A DNA stretch of 63,727 nucleotides, the filler included, from Bigelowiella natans CCMP2755 (lineage: Eukaryota; Protista; Cercozoa): NCBI GenBank assembly GCA_000320545.1. It is 5 parts of 5 records of this genome, joined end to end, with 100 filler letters (N's around TTAATTAATTAA, not from the genome) between each part and the next. Parts side by side here need not be neighbours in the genome. Positions count along the whole stretch, not along the records: positions 21,313 to 44,348 come from ADNK01002711.1; 4 more parts are not named here. One strand, given 5' to 3'. Below, one piece after another: positions 28,166-40,404 of the stretch. The translations under genes were made by a program, and so were the position numbers. The notes beneath the pieces are model-generated. The model ran no database searches and was not told the DNA's origin. It worked only from the letters and a program-made list of their open reading frames with translations. The number at the start of each line of letters is the position of its first letter. The first letter of the stretch is position 1.

Positions 28166-28606
28166 GAGAGAGGGAGAGGGAGAGAAAAAAGCCTAATATG
28201 AGACGGCTACCTATGCGCGGGTGCTGCTGCTGTGCATGTGTGCGCAGACCTTCGGTTTTGTCAGCAGCGACAAGGTTAAGCTTGAGAATCCAGAGGTGCA
28301 GCATCTCCAGAGCGAACTGGTGGCGAAACTTCCCCTGATCCAACCCGCAGGTACTGCTGAAATCCAGCCTCGCCTGGGTGAGATGGAGGGCAGAAGGAGG
28401 GGCAGAAAGAGCTGATTTAGCTCGTGAGTAGAGGACGGTGGAGACGATACGTGGGAATGAGTCGACGGCCGACAGGGCAGCCGTGACAGCAGCAAATCGC
28501 ATCAAGGGGGCAATGGCCATCAAAAACCTTCGGGTTGAGTCGTCGGTGGTTATCTCTTCGATGGATGAAATGGGGTTGGGGGAGGTGGATAGATGTGAAC
28601 ATATTG

Positions 28607-28659
<53 letters not shown>

Positions 28660-29057
28660 CATCGTGACCTGTCCCTCGATTGAGTCAAGAATCTTCTTGG
28701 CTCGCTCAACTCTAATCTCATCAGGGCCCTCCAGCCACTTCGCAAGCCTCGTCCACAGCCCCCCCCCACCGCCGCTCTTTTTCTTCGTCTCAGACGTGTC
28801 CGACGAGCTCCACCTGATTATTCAGAGAAACATATCTCCATCACTTTCAATGCTAAACACACGTATAGACCCACCCCACCCGTTGAAATATACCCACCCC
28901 CACACCTTTTCAGACACGGATCCGCGTTCGCAGTGCTGGAGCGCCCCTTTGGAAGAGCTAGATATTGAAACTGTCGTACTGAAGACGAAATCCCCCCTCG
29001 CACAATGCCCTTAGCCTTCCGGGGCAGGGTAAACGCCATGGCCCGAGCTGCTCTCAT
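25915..29057 (-). CDS. CBP3: Ubiquinol-cytochrome c reductase chaperone Cbp3/UQCC1; 3' end uncertain
   Basis: Presequence MRAARAMAFTLPRKAKGIVRGG; FRHQFALEMLHLWILKLNL (~28260-28330); VWARTEPRLYKEGVLSLMLSK; KEVQQWTFGSMTAYDKAV (~27380-27440); ELIGALWRNVF (~27210-27247); ADYALDQIEGLQQTD; DEMFTGRIGW. The AYD...L.GALWRN.F pattern is the Cbp3 hallmark. Confidence 0.85.
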
Positions 29058-29649
29058 CGTGTGGCAGGCGAGTACGCTCGTGTTTCGATCGAAAATTCCG
29101 ATTTTTGCGACATCGTATGCCGTTTTATACCTGCGACAAGTCCAAATTCTCTAATATGTGGTGACCAAAAAACATCGAAGGAACATCGCACTGGCCCCCG
29201 CCCAGGCGATCCAAGACCATGCAACGGCCCTTCTGGATGTAGCTGTGAACACAATTTTTGGACACGTATGGGCGAAGACTGCCATCAGAGGGGTGCGCGA
29301 CTCAGCACATCGACCGCCAGCTAGTGCTAAAGTGTGACAATGCAGGCATTGGAGGTGAATTTTCACGCTGCTAGACTGATGGACTTTCTTCACACTTGTG
29401 CAGTTTTTCTTTCGTTTGCTTCGAAGATTGTCACAAGATCAATCTCACCAACTGCACGCTCTTCCTGCAAAATTGCATTCATGACAGCCAATCTGTGTCT
29501 GACATGAGTTCTGACGACAAGCTTGCAAGTCGGCCATCTCTCGGCGACAAGCGTGCAGTGGCGAGTGGACACAGCCAACGCACCTGGACACGTGGGGTGA
29601 GAGAGAGATTGTGCACAAACGCAGCTTGAGCCCAAGATGCTTGTGACTT

Positions 29650-29861
29650 CTGATCATGGCAAAATCCGTGTCACATTCGTGATGAAATGGCGACAGCCTG
29701 CACGAACTTCATTGAATCATGCGTGTGGTGAGTGCTCCCTCATCGTCGTCGATCAGGCTGCGCTCTTCTGATCATGGCAAAATCTGTGTTGCATTCGCGA
29801 CGAAGTGGTGGTGACAGTCTGCACGAATTCAATTAAATCACATGTGCACTGAGTGCTCCCT
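29650..29861. repeat. Degenerate direct repeat, two ~90-bp units with ~118-bp period
   Basis: CTGATCATGGCAAAATC...TGCACGAA...TGAGTGCTCCCT at ~29650-29740 and ~29768-29861. Confidence 0.8.
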
Positions 29862-30400
29862 CTAGCCCTCATCGAGCTGCGCTGACAGCTCATCGCAAGC
29901 AATGAGCAACGCTAGAATGCCGCAAGTGAAACAAGGTGTTTTGTTGATGGAAAGCCAGCAGACTGGCATCTTGATGCTCGAACAAATGTGACAAATGTTC
30001 GAAACGAGGCTCTACTTGGCTGTGTACGTTTCAATAGCTCACGTTATTTGCATCGCACGCACATGTGACGCTACGTGGCCAAGACATTAAATTGCACAAT
30101 CTCGCGTGATTGCTCATGATTTGATCAAACCTGTCAAGGAATCTAGTAGTAAATGTAATAACTATAAATCAGTAAGTCAGCAACGGTTGTTTCTGTAGAC
30201 GCATATGCAAGATCGTTGACGCAGCAGCTAATGTCCACTACATTGCTAGCCTCGGCACTAAATCTAAGCCACCAACACTAAGCCACGATTTGCACAAATG
30301 AACCCAGATAGATAATGGATCGAGAAACTATGAAGACTTTTATCCACACACATCGTCTCTTTCTCTGAGTTTCTCCATCGAAGCGTTGAGGGAAGAAATA

Positions 30401-31147
30401 CTAGTAAATATGAACAATATCGTAGCATAACGTCCAGAATAAGATGAAACTCATCGCTCCCTGGAATAGGTCGTGAGTTATCTGGAAAGGATATGAGACA
30501 AAATCAACCCCGTAAATGTGAAGACCAAAGATGGCCGTGTCGTCTGTATACTGAAGCTATAACAACGAGGGTGCTGTAATTTTGTTGGGTAATCACACTT
30601 ACCAGAATCCATGGAGACTGGAAGAAGTCTTCCACTTTCGATCCTGCAACCACAGAACGTAGCGTCATGAGTAAATATACCACCCTCCACAGAGAGTTAA
30701 AATATATACGCGTTTGATTAATCTGAACGCACCTGTTCTTGAGTAGAACATGGCCGATGTACATATCCATGAAAGGGCGAAGAACATGAACCCTACTCAT
30801 TCACAAGAGCGTGCAGTGGGTGAGATTGATCTTTGGAATAAACGAGAGAAAAACTACAAGGGTATGGGAAAATTTTGTGAAAATTTACCTCTAATTCCTG
30901 TGTAACCGATTATTCCACACGCTGACCCAGCGATTATGGATATCAGGATTCGACTAAATTTACACAACAAATGAGTCTTCTTGGACGCAGAGGAGGAATG
31001 CGAGGAGCAGGGTATTCCCAACTTCCGGCTTGGTAAAAAAAACCCACATTTCCCCCGAATAAATACTGACCAGAAGTGCACAACTTGAACATTGTGCGCG
31101 ACGATCCGAGGGGCGACTGCGCAAGCAGGGCTCTCGTGGGGAGCCAT
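30401..31147 (-). CDS. EMC6: ER membrane protein complex subunit 6 (TMEM93/Rab5ip family), 5 exons
   Basis: MAPHESP...HNVQVVHFC|RILISIIAGSACGIIGYTGIRG|FMFFALSWICTSAMFYSRT|GSKVEDFFQSPWIL|ITHDLFQGAMSFILFWTLCYDIVHIY*. The C-terminus matches EMC6 LFWTFLYGMVHVY. Confidence 0.92.
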
Positions 31148-31518
31148 TCGTCGTAATGTGTTATGTTTCCTTGCGACAAGGATACATTCATGTCGTACCG
31201 AAATAACTACAGATAGATTAAAATGCATTGTGTTTTTTAGCTACGACAACGCTCTTTAGTTACCAGTGCAAGTTCGACTTGCAACAGGCTGGCTTGCAGC
31301 TGCTTAATTTCTCCCCTAGGAATATCCTAAATCAATAGGATTAACTGCGACGAAGCGAGCCCTAGCCTGAAGCGGATCTGGCAAGATTAGAGGAAAAAAA
31401 TATATCGTAAAATAGATGTTTTATCGATATAAAACGTATCTTATCGACTCCTGCTATACCCAGCTTTTGCGCTGCGCTTCCGCTGTGCTACGAGCCGTCG
31501 GCTCAGCTTTGATAAAGA
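31148..31518. promoter_or_regulatory. Putative bidirectional promoter (EMC6 / DUS)
   Basis: About 370 bp spacer between divergent start codons. Confidence 0.5.
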
Positions 31519-32376
31519 ATGGGGAAGAAATTAAAGGAACTCCGAAGCGCGTGTAAAGAGGCACGCGAGCGGTCTAAGGCTGAACCGGGGAATAAAGCTC
31601 TTAGGAAGACCTGGAAGAAGCTAAGAGATCGAATTCGCATTGTGAAGGTGATGATCATGATGGACACATACGAATGTAATCTGACGAGCTGTTATGTGAT
31701 GTACCGCCATTCGACAAATGTTCTTCTTTCAGGGAAAGAAGCAAGCGCGAAAGGAAGAGAGCGAAGCGGGAACCGGTGGACACACCAATGCCGGCGAAGG
31801 CGGGGGGGGCAGCGATGTCAACGGCCACACCCAGAAGAGGAAATTGAAAAGGGAGAAGCGCAAACGTGCTCAGGAATTCGATAACATGGGGGAAGAGGGA
31901 GGAGGAAAGCCTAGCAGCAAGACGAAGAAGAAGAGAAATAAGAAGTTGAAAAAGAGCCACAGAGATATGACCGTGGAGGGGGAAAAAGGCAAAGGGCCCT
32001 CCTCTTCCTCGTCCTCCAACTCGTCGGCCTTACCCCCCCACAGACGAATCCTCGCGCCGATGGTACCGCAAGAAAACAGCTACATATACATACATTCCCG
32101 CGTCAATATGACATGTCCATTCGAAATCATGGGTAATTAGGTGGGAGGCTCGGAGCTCGCTTTCCGTATGCTATGTAGAAGGTCCCTTCTTCATCACAAT
32201 TGCAGCAGTCTTACATGTCCCTTCTGTGTCTATTATTTCGCCATTCCTCCTTCAGTATTCTACTCAAGCCTTCCCTCTCCCCCCCCCTCCCTTCTTTCCC
32301 TCCCAAACACAACCCATTTCGATATCCCTAGCGCATGCAGCGACGGTGTTGACTCACGAGGCGTGCGTGACTTTGG

Positions 32377-32415
<39 letters not shown>

Positions 32416-33459
32416 GAGAACATGTTCAACTCGTAGCGTATTGATGAATTTCGCGTGCCCTGTCTGTTGCTTCTTCTGCGTCGATGTTGGGTTGCGTATG
32501 AGCAGGTATGGCGTCGATTTGTGCTACACGCCAATGATGTACTCTTCTAAGTTCGCCGCCGATGCGAAGTACAGGGAGGAGGTGAGAGAACAACTGCACA
32601 TTGTGAGTGATACAAGTAATTTACACTACACCTGCTAATCACGCGCGAACAGGGTTTGGCCCACCAGATCTGGCATTTGTTATATCAAACGCCAGAATGC
32701 GCTTCAGTGTTCTCCTACTTTTATTATTGTCCGGAGCGTAATACTGAGTGTACTGTGCGTCGATGACTCCTACTTCGCAGATGTTCCACACCCACCCTGA
32801 GGACAGGCCTCTCGTCGCGCATTTTTGCGGCAACGATCCCGAGGTATTCAGGCAAAAATGGGGGGGGGGGGGGGAGGTAGATCGTTCCAGCAAAAACAAT
32901 TCCGCATTCGCAATTCTTGCAACCAACAGCGACAAATGCAGCAAAGGCACTGATGATCTTTCCCCGCGACACACGCGCCCCACTAAATCAAGGATGCAAA
33001 GAACTGTTTTGTATTCCACCATTATGTAAATGCTCTGCGCGGCCTTCGCCCACACTAACACTATAAGTTGTTGCTACACACCTCCTGCAAGGTGATGCTG
33101 AAGGCGTGCCGCATGGTTGAGGACAAAGTGGACGCAGTCGACCTCAACCTAGGTTCATACGCTGCAGCAGCAGCAGCAGCAGCAGCGAAAAGCTCTAACA
33201 GTGTAATCACGGATGCAAAGCCATTAGCCATGCCCCGAGTGCCATTTCCTAGCCGTGTTCGTGATGAGTCCTCACCGCCGTTAAGTGAAACCGGACATAT
33301 TTTCACCTGGTCAGGCTGTCCGCAACGCATTGCCTACAGCGGGCATTTCGGCTCATATCTGTTAGGAAAGGTGAGCTGTGGTGCCAGCGACGATATGTTT
33401 ATATTATAAATAAATATTCCGCACGCGTGTGTGCGTGGGTGCGCGTGTGCGCGCGCGCG

Positions 33460-33497
<38 letters not shown>

Positions 33498-34861
33498 GCA
33501 GGAGGACCATGGGCTTGTGATGCGCATCGTCTCCACGCTCTCTCGCAATCTGAAGATCCCGGTACGGAACCAGCCATGCACAATGAAGAACCAACCCCGC
33601 TGATGATGGTGTAGTGCTGCTCAACACACTGTTCGACTTCAAGAAAGCGACAACACACACAACACCAGTGATGATAGGGTTAATAATCATGGTGATGGTG
33701 ATAGTCGTGGTGGCATCAGCGAGGCGCAACAAGGGAGAAATATTACGATAACTGGCCATGCTTACGTTGTTGTTGTTTGTTGTTGTTGTTGTTGTTGTGG
33801 CGAAACAGGTATTCTGCAAGATACGTCTCCTCGACGACCTCGACGGTGAGCGCAGTAGCAGAGCATCCGTAGCTCGATGATAGAAGGGGGGGAGATGACA
33901 TTGTTCAATCTTTTCCGTCAAGGCCCAATGCGCTGGCCTTCGCCGCGGTGCCTCGAAATGATGATGATGATGATGATGATGATGATAATGATGATGATGA
34001 AAGTCACCGTTTATCTTCACGTCATTGTGGGTGGGTAGCACATTCTTCAGATTACTCCTCGCGCGAAAGCGCAAGCACGCACGCACAGTATCCTAAGTCG
34101 AAGAGCTGTAGACACCCCATTGCTGTTTGCCTCCTCCTCCTCCTCCTCCTCCTCCTCCTCCTCCTCCCCCCGCCCCCCCCCCCCTTCGTGTGCCCCACAG
34201 ATACCATCGCCTTCTGCAAGCAACTCGAGAGCAGCGGGTGCAGCCTCCTTGCCGTACACGCGAGGTAGCAGACCGATGGTAGTAGTGAAGGGGGGGGGCG
34301 GGGCGATTTTGTGAAAGGGGAATGGTGCCCGCGTGCACAGGAGGCTTGATTGGTTATGGCGCGCTTTACGCGCGTACGTCGCAAGCCGTAGCTCGATCGA
34401 AGCGTCGAGAAGTAGAAATCGATGCGTTTTGACCATGATCACTTGCCCAACTGTGAAGGTACCGGGGCACCGCCACGCGGCGAAGAGATGGCCCTGCTCA
34501 TTTAGAGCAGGTTGGTTCTTTAGAAGTGCCGTGATTGTGATGGCGATGAGCATATACCCTTCAGCATTTGCTATGCTGCAAGGGCTGTGCTCTCTCTAAC
34601 AGTATACATCGAAACCTATTGTTGCTTGGAATAACAAATATAAACATTTGCTTATCATCATCATCATCATCATCGTTGTCATCATGAGCTTCTTCTGTCT
34701 TCTATCTTCCATGATACGTGCACAAACCCCCCCAACCGGCAAGGTCGTTCGCATAAAAGCCGCTCTCTCGATCCCAGTCATTAGTAACGGTAGTAAAGCG
34801 AAGCGACTAAGAAAAGCGATGTCCATCATCACCATCTTACTGTCATCGCCATCACCATCAC

Positions 34862-34895
<34 letters not shown>

Positions 34896-35394
34896 GTCGT
34901 CGTCGTCGTCGTATCACCCCATGATTATGCATCATCATCCACGATTCATTCACACTGTCAAAAAATTTTAGAGAAGGGACATTGCACATGAAAAACGCCC
35001 TCGATTTGCGTGCGAGTTGAGAGTATACGCCGCGACGCCGCGGCCGCAGTAGCAATGATATCGCTGTCGCTCTCTCATAAACGCCTTTAAGAGCTATTAT
35101 GCTTACGACTCCCTGTACAGGGAACGTGAGGTGCGAAGAGGACGTTCTGAAGAATCAAGCACTCACAAATGCCGACGGCATTATGTCAGCTGGTAAAAAT
35201 CCAATATAGATGGTTTTTTTGGGAAGAGAGCTGGACGAGAGAAGGCCAGGGAGGGGAGGGGGCAGTGTTTGGAACAAGAACAGTAAATAGTAATGGTTAA
35301 TATGATAATAAGAAGAAAATGGCATGGTGGTGATATTTATCCTGCGACGTCATTTTTTTGGCGCTGGACTGAACATAACGCATCGATATATAAT

Positions 35395-35437
<43 letters not shown>

Positions 35438-35508
35438 ATCTATTATTATTTTTTCAACAATCTCAAAACTACTAATCTCACCAGCATAACCAACCAATAA
35501 CGCGCTCG

Positions 35509-35549
<41 letters not shown>

Positions 35550-35762
35550 TGTGAATATAACAATAGAGGGGATTTTGGATGACCCAGCGATATTTCGTGC
35601 TGCTGCTCTTGCTGCAGGTCAAAGAGCGAATATCAATTTATTGCCATCATTATCACCATCATCACCATCATCACCATCACCACCACCACCATCATCATCA
35701 TCATCACCACCACCATCATCATCATCATCATCACCACCACCACCACCATCATCGTCATCATC

Positions 35763-35796
<34 letters not shown>

Positions 35797-35845
35797 CCAC
35801 CATCATCATCATCATCATCATCACCACCATCATCATCATCATCAT

Positions 35846-35877
<32 letters not shown>

Positions 35878-35878
35878 T

Positions 35879-35909
<31 letters not shown>

Positions 35910-37230
35910 GTCACATCGTCGTTGTCATCGATGTCCTTCATCATTGAAATCACCAACTATTCGTCTGCTGCTGCTGCTGCTGCTGCTTCTCCTTCTCTCT
36001 TCGCTCTGCGAAGGCTCCGAGCACGAGCATGGCTCTCAGGAGGACAAGCAGCAAAGCCTGAAGAAGTCCCTCGCACCGGACATCTACAAGCAGTACAGGT
36101 CGGGTTGGATCTCTGAAAATAAGATCCAACGTCATCCCATCATCAGATTTGATTCATATGACGTCGCATCGTGCATGTAGGTAGGAGGGAATCGGTCAGA
36201 GGGGGGGGAAGGGGGGGGGGGGGGCACACGCAAGAGGAGATACAATGACGTATTCTTGTACATTTCTCTTCATTTCCTGCCATCATCCCCCCCCACCCTA
36301 CATACACACGCACACGCTCGCACATGTTAGCATGATATGCACATATGGCAATACGTTAGAAAACTGACCAAGACAATGCGTGCCATCGAGGCTCTAGCTG
36401 CGAAAGTGAAGGTGCTGCTCACAGCCGTTAGCTATCACGTAAAGAAGAAGAAGAAGAAGAAGAAGGAGAAAACATAGTTTCGAGTCAATCATATAGCGCG
36501 AGAAGGGAAAGGGGGGGGGGGGGGGGGGAGGAGGGCGAGTGGAGCAGTTACTACATTCTTATTATCACCATCGGCAACACAAATTAAAATGTGAGTGGCT
36601 TTGATTTGTACGTCGTTATCATCATCATCATCTTCATCATTATCACCATCATAATCACCATCATCACCATCACCATCATCATCACCTGGGACATGCGAAA
36701 AAGGCGTCTCTCTCGGCTGACCAGACTCAAAAGCTTGCTCGCCGAACCGACGTCGCGGTACCCCAATACATGCATGCGAGATCCAACGCAACACAGCCAA
36801 CACAAATCGGCCGCACAACGCCGTGCAAAAAACATCTTAGTTATTCGATGCACTTAGCCCTCTCGCACCCACCTAGTAGACCTACAACATGATAGTGCAT
36901 TTTGTCTCGTTAAATTCTTCCGAATGCGATATTGCCGCGTATTTATTTATTGTTTTTTTTTTAATCTTTTTGAAATTTAAAAGAGATCCCTTGAGATCCT
37001 CAGGCAGCAACATCCCATTCTCCAGAGGGCGGGGGGAGGGGGGGGGGGTGGCGGTGGTACAACTGCTGGAAGGAACGGCGCTGGTGGCCAGACAACAAGC
37101 GCTCTGGCCACCTCTGCTGCGCGCACGGCGAAGGCAAGAACGCAGCATCAGATAAGGGTGAAGAAGAAGCCGAAAGATGATGGCATATCGCTCGGATTGG
37201 AATACCTGCAGGTATGAATATATAGATATA

Positions 37231-37270
<40 letters not shown>

Positions 37271-38832
37271 AATTTCAATACGCTTAGATTTGTGTGGTAG
37301 CTGGCAGCCTAATCCGCTCTATCATCCTCCCACCCGTAGTGCGTAAGGAAGTTCCCCTCAGCGACACTGAATCACGTGGTATTTCACATCCGAAGGATGT
37401 GTAAGAAGGTGCTTGCAGTAGTGTTAGCAGCGCAGCAGCGGCAGCAGTAGTAGTAGTGGTAGAAGAGAGGGAGACTAAGAGGAAATAGTAGTAGCAGATG
37501 AAAAGCATCATCCTGCCCCACCCCGTACTTTCAACGAGTAAAAATCACGAGATATGCACTGGAAACAACGACGGGATGGTGTTCGTCTGTGTCGTATCAT
37601 AACCGACATCGATGTGTTTTTTTTTATATTTAGACTTTTGGATGTGAGAGTTTGAGAGAGAGAGAAAGAGAGAGAGAATAAAGTCAAACACACAAAAACA
37701 CACATGCACACACATGAAAGGTATTGATGGAATACCAGCTTTTAGAGGATTTGAAGCTAGCACAGTCCATAAAAGAGGTCATCTATGATCGCCTGGATTT
37801 CCGCCTCTGCCACTCACAGATGCTTATTAATAGCTGCGTTGAACCAGCTTTATACAATATTCGTTATGCCCTTGATTCGCCGCTGTGCACGCTCATTCAG
37901 CGGCTGATTGCGCTTTGGCCGATTTTCTGTGTTTGGAGGGAAATAACTGACGCTTGATGGGTGTCTGTCTGTCTGTCTGTCTGTGTGTGTGTGTGTTGTG
38001 TGCGCACGTGATACTGATGCGATCGTCTATAGGTTGGGAATGTCCTTCGCCTCTGCGAGAACTACAAAAAGGTGACGGATGCGCCGCTAACATAGATGAT
38101 AATGTCCGCCAAAACCATGAGTACTTTTCAAACGCAAGTCGCGCGCGCGCGCGTGTGTGAGTGTGTGTGTGCGTGCGTTGTGTGTATGTGAAACGCGCCA
38201 TTCCTTCGGCATGTGATCTAAGTATGGTTGATGTGATGCGGGACTTACGATTTGGAATTTTCCATTGCGCGTACAACAACGTGCGTTACGGATGGTGTCA
38301 TTGGTGTACATCATTCAGGGCAAGAAAGGCTTCAACTTCGATCCCCAGAAGGCGAAAAGGTCCCTGATTGCTCTCTGCGCGCATGTGTTGATCTACGGAT
38401 ACACCTGCACTCGCGGGGAGAATGAATCTATTTTGCATTCGATAATAATTCGGAGTAAGAGTTGATGCACGGATGTGCGTACACATGTCGTTGATTAGGC
38501 AGCGAGAAGCGCGGGAGAAGAGGGCTTACGAAGAGAAATGCCGGAAGAAATACGTTGCAAGGATGGAAAGAAAGGCCAAGCGACTAGGAAAGTCACTGGA
38601 AGAGGTATGAATAAATTGATGATTTCTCAAGTAACAGAATAATTAATCCCACCCCCCCCCCAACACTCCCTCTCTCTCTCTCTCTCTTCTCTCTCTCTCG
38701 TTATTTCTCATACTGCATATATGCACATACGGACAGCTACTAAAGGCTACATCAGTTCCAGGAGGGCATGTATATGGAGCTGATCCTTCCTGGCTTGCTG
38801 AATCTCAATCGTCGTCGGCATCGAATAAATAG
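31519..38832 (+). CDS. tRNA-dihydrouridine synthase (DUS1-like), many exons, with Lys-rich N-terminal and C-terminal extensions
   Basis: ILAPM|VGGSELAFRMLCRR|YGVDLCYTPM; EDRPLVAHFCGNDPE; VDLNLG|CPQRIAYSGHFGSYLL (catalytic Cys); VFCKIRL; LLAVHAR; IPVISNG|NV; DGIMSA|EGILDDPAIF. Final exon ...AESQSSSASNK*. Confidence 0.93.
35645..35912. repeat. Long compound (CAT/CAC)n trinucleotide tract in a DUS intron
   Basis: About 270 bp of mixed CAT and CAC triplets; source of the spurious poly-His, poly-Ser/Pro and poly-Met/Val ORFs. Confidence 0.95.
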
Positions 38833-39784
38833 TCTGAATCGAGACCGAATCCATTAATCAGATCCTGTCTCGATGCAGGAAGTTAAATGATCTCGAGTGT
38901 TAAGATCGAAATTAATGATGTTGATGTGATGCCACGGGTTCTAGCTAGCTAGGCCTTGACTAGTAGAGGCTAGAGAGGTCTTGACGACGTGTTGCTTATG
39001 CTAGCATGCCTACAACACATTACAAACAACGCACGCGTCTAGACGTTTGCTAGAAGTACCTCTGTATCCAATTTATCTGTAACAATGTGCTAAGAATTTG
39101 AGCGCAATATAATGCTGTGCTCATATGCTAGTAGCACAAAGGCAGCAGATCGACACATGCGCGCAGCTTTAGCAGCATGCAAGTCTAGCAAGTCTAGAAG
39201 TGCAGCTAGGCAGCTTGAATGCAGCACTCTAGCACTTCTAGACACAATGGACATACGTATATATGATATGCACAATATACATGATATACACTGATCTGTC
39301 CATAGCTAGTCATGTAGACTTTGCGTTTGAACATCAAGACACCCATATGCTAGCATTTGTGGCCATCTAGGCACTAATGCTAGCTAGCTGGACATCTCTA
39401 GATCTAGAGATCTAACCAGTAGCAGCGACATGTGCATCTTCTAATGGTCGCGCATGCTAGCATCATCATGTAGACATTTTATGCATCTCTAGATCTCTAA
39501 TTCTGTGAATACATGCACGCCTGATTTAGTGATTGTGCATCATATCGCGGAAAGTACTCTCGTACTCATAGAGTCTAATGCTAATCTAGTAATGCAAGAC
39601 TGAGAATGAGCAATAAACTTGTTCCTGTAAGTAGATGACAAGAACACAATGTGCAGCATCAATGTTCCAGTTTTGCAGGCTATGATGCAAAATACATTTT
39701 CATCGGCTGGCCGTTAGTACATGTTTCAACGCAAAAGTGAACGTTTCTTCACTTGCTAGTATCCATGCTACCTGATCGTAACTG

Positions 39785-40404
39785 TCATTCTGCCAACTTC
39801 AATGTACTCATAAATTTTTGGTAGTCCACATATTTTTCCTTTGATTCGTCTATCCCTGCTGCCTTGAAAAATGCTTCCACCTATAGTCGTGTGTGTGATG
39901 AATTTGTCTATTGGAGCAAAATAAGAGGAACCTGCTTCTCTTCGAGTTTGTCACCAAGATTTGTAAGGGCATGCTTTAACTTCGATACCTCAATTTTACC
40001 ATTTTCTCGGTTTGCAAATACTTCAAACCCCTTTTCGATATCCTTTACAGTCTTACAGAATAACAAATCATGCTTAAAATCAATGCGGGTAATTAAGATA
40101 TCGACATAGTGGTTTTATTTGCACTCGTGAAGCCTTGTTTATTAGACAACGTCGTGTGCTCTTTGCAGCTTACCTTTTCAATTTTAGAGGCCTTCTCGAT
40201 GTATTTCTTGAAGTCATCAAAGGTTAGCCCACCACTAAATTCCTTGTTTGCTTGCTTCGTAAGTTCCTCAATGTTATCATTTGTGAGTCGCTTACCGATG
40301 CTCCGAAGAGCGTTCCCAAGATTTGATACTTCCAACTTTCTGTTTACAGGATTTTGCATGTTAAAGGCCTCGAGCATGAGCTCATCTTCTTTCAGCGCTG
40401 CCAT
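39785..40404 (-). CDS. EF-hand protein, myosin light chain / calmodulin-like, 3 exons
   Basis: MAALKEDELMLEAFN...LGNALRSIGKRLT...GLTFDDF | TVKDIEKGFEVFANRENGKIEVSKLKHALTNLGDKLEEKQ | VEAFFKAAG...VDYQKFMSTLKLAE*. About 150 aa with degenerate EF loops. Confidence 0.85.

Noticed and set aside
30790-30830. Possible in-frame TGA recoding in EMC6 (RSCE*VGFMFF)
   Set aside because: A canonical AG acceptor just after the TGA gives the expected EMC6 sequence GIRG-FMFF, so no recoding is needed.
35551-36180. Poly-His, poly-Ser/Pro and poly-Met/Val ORFs
   Set aside because: Translations of an intronic (CAT/CAC)n tract inside the DUS gene.
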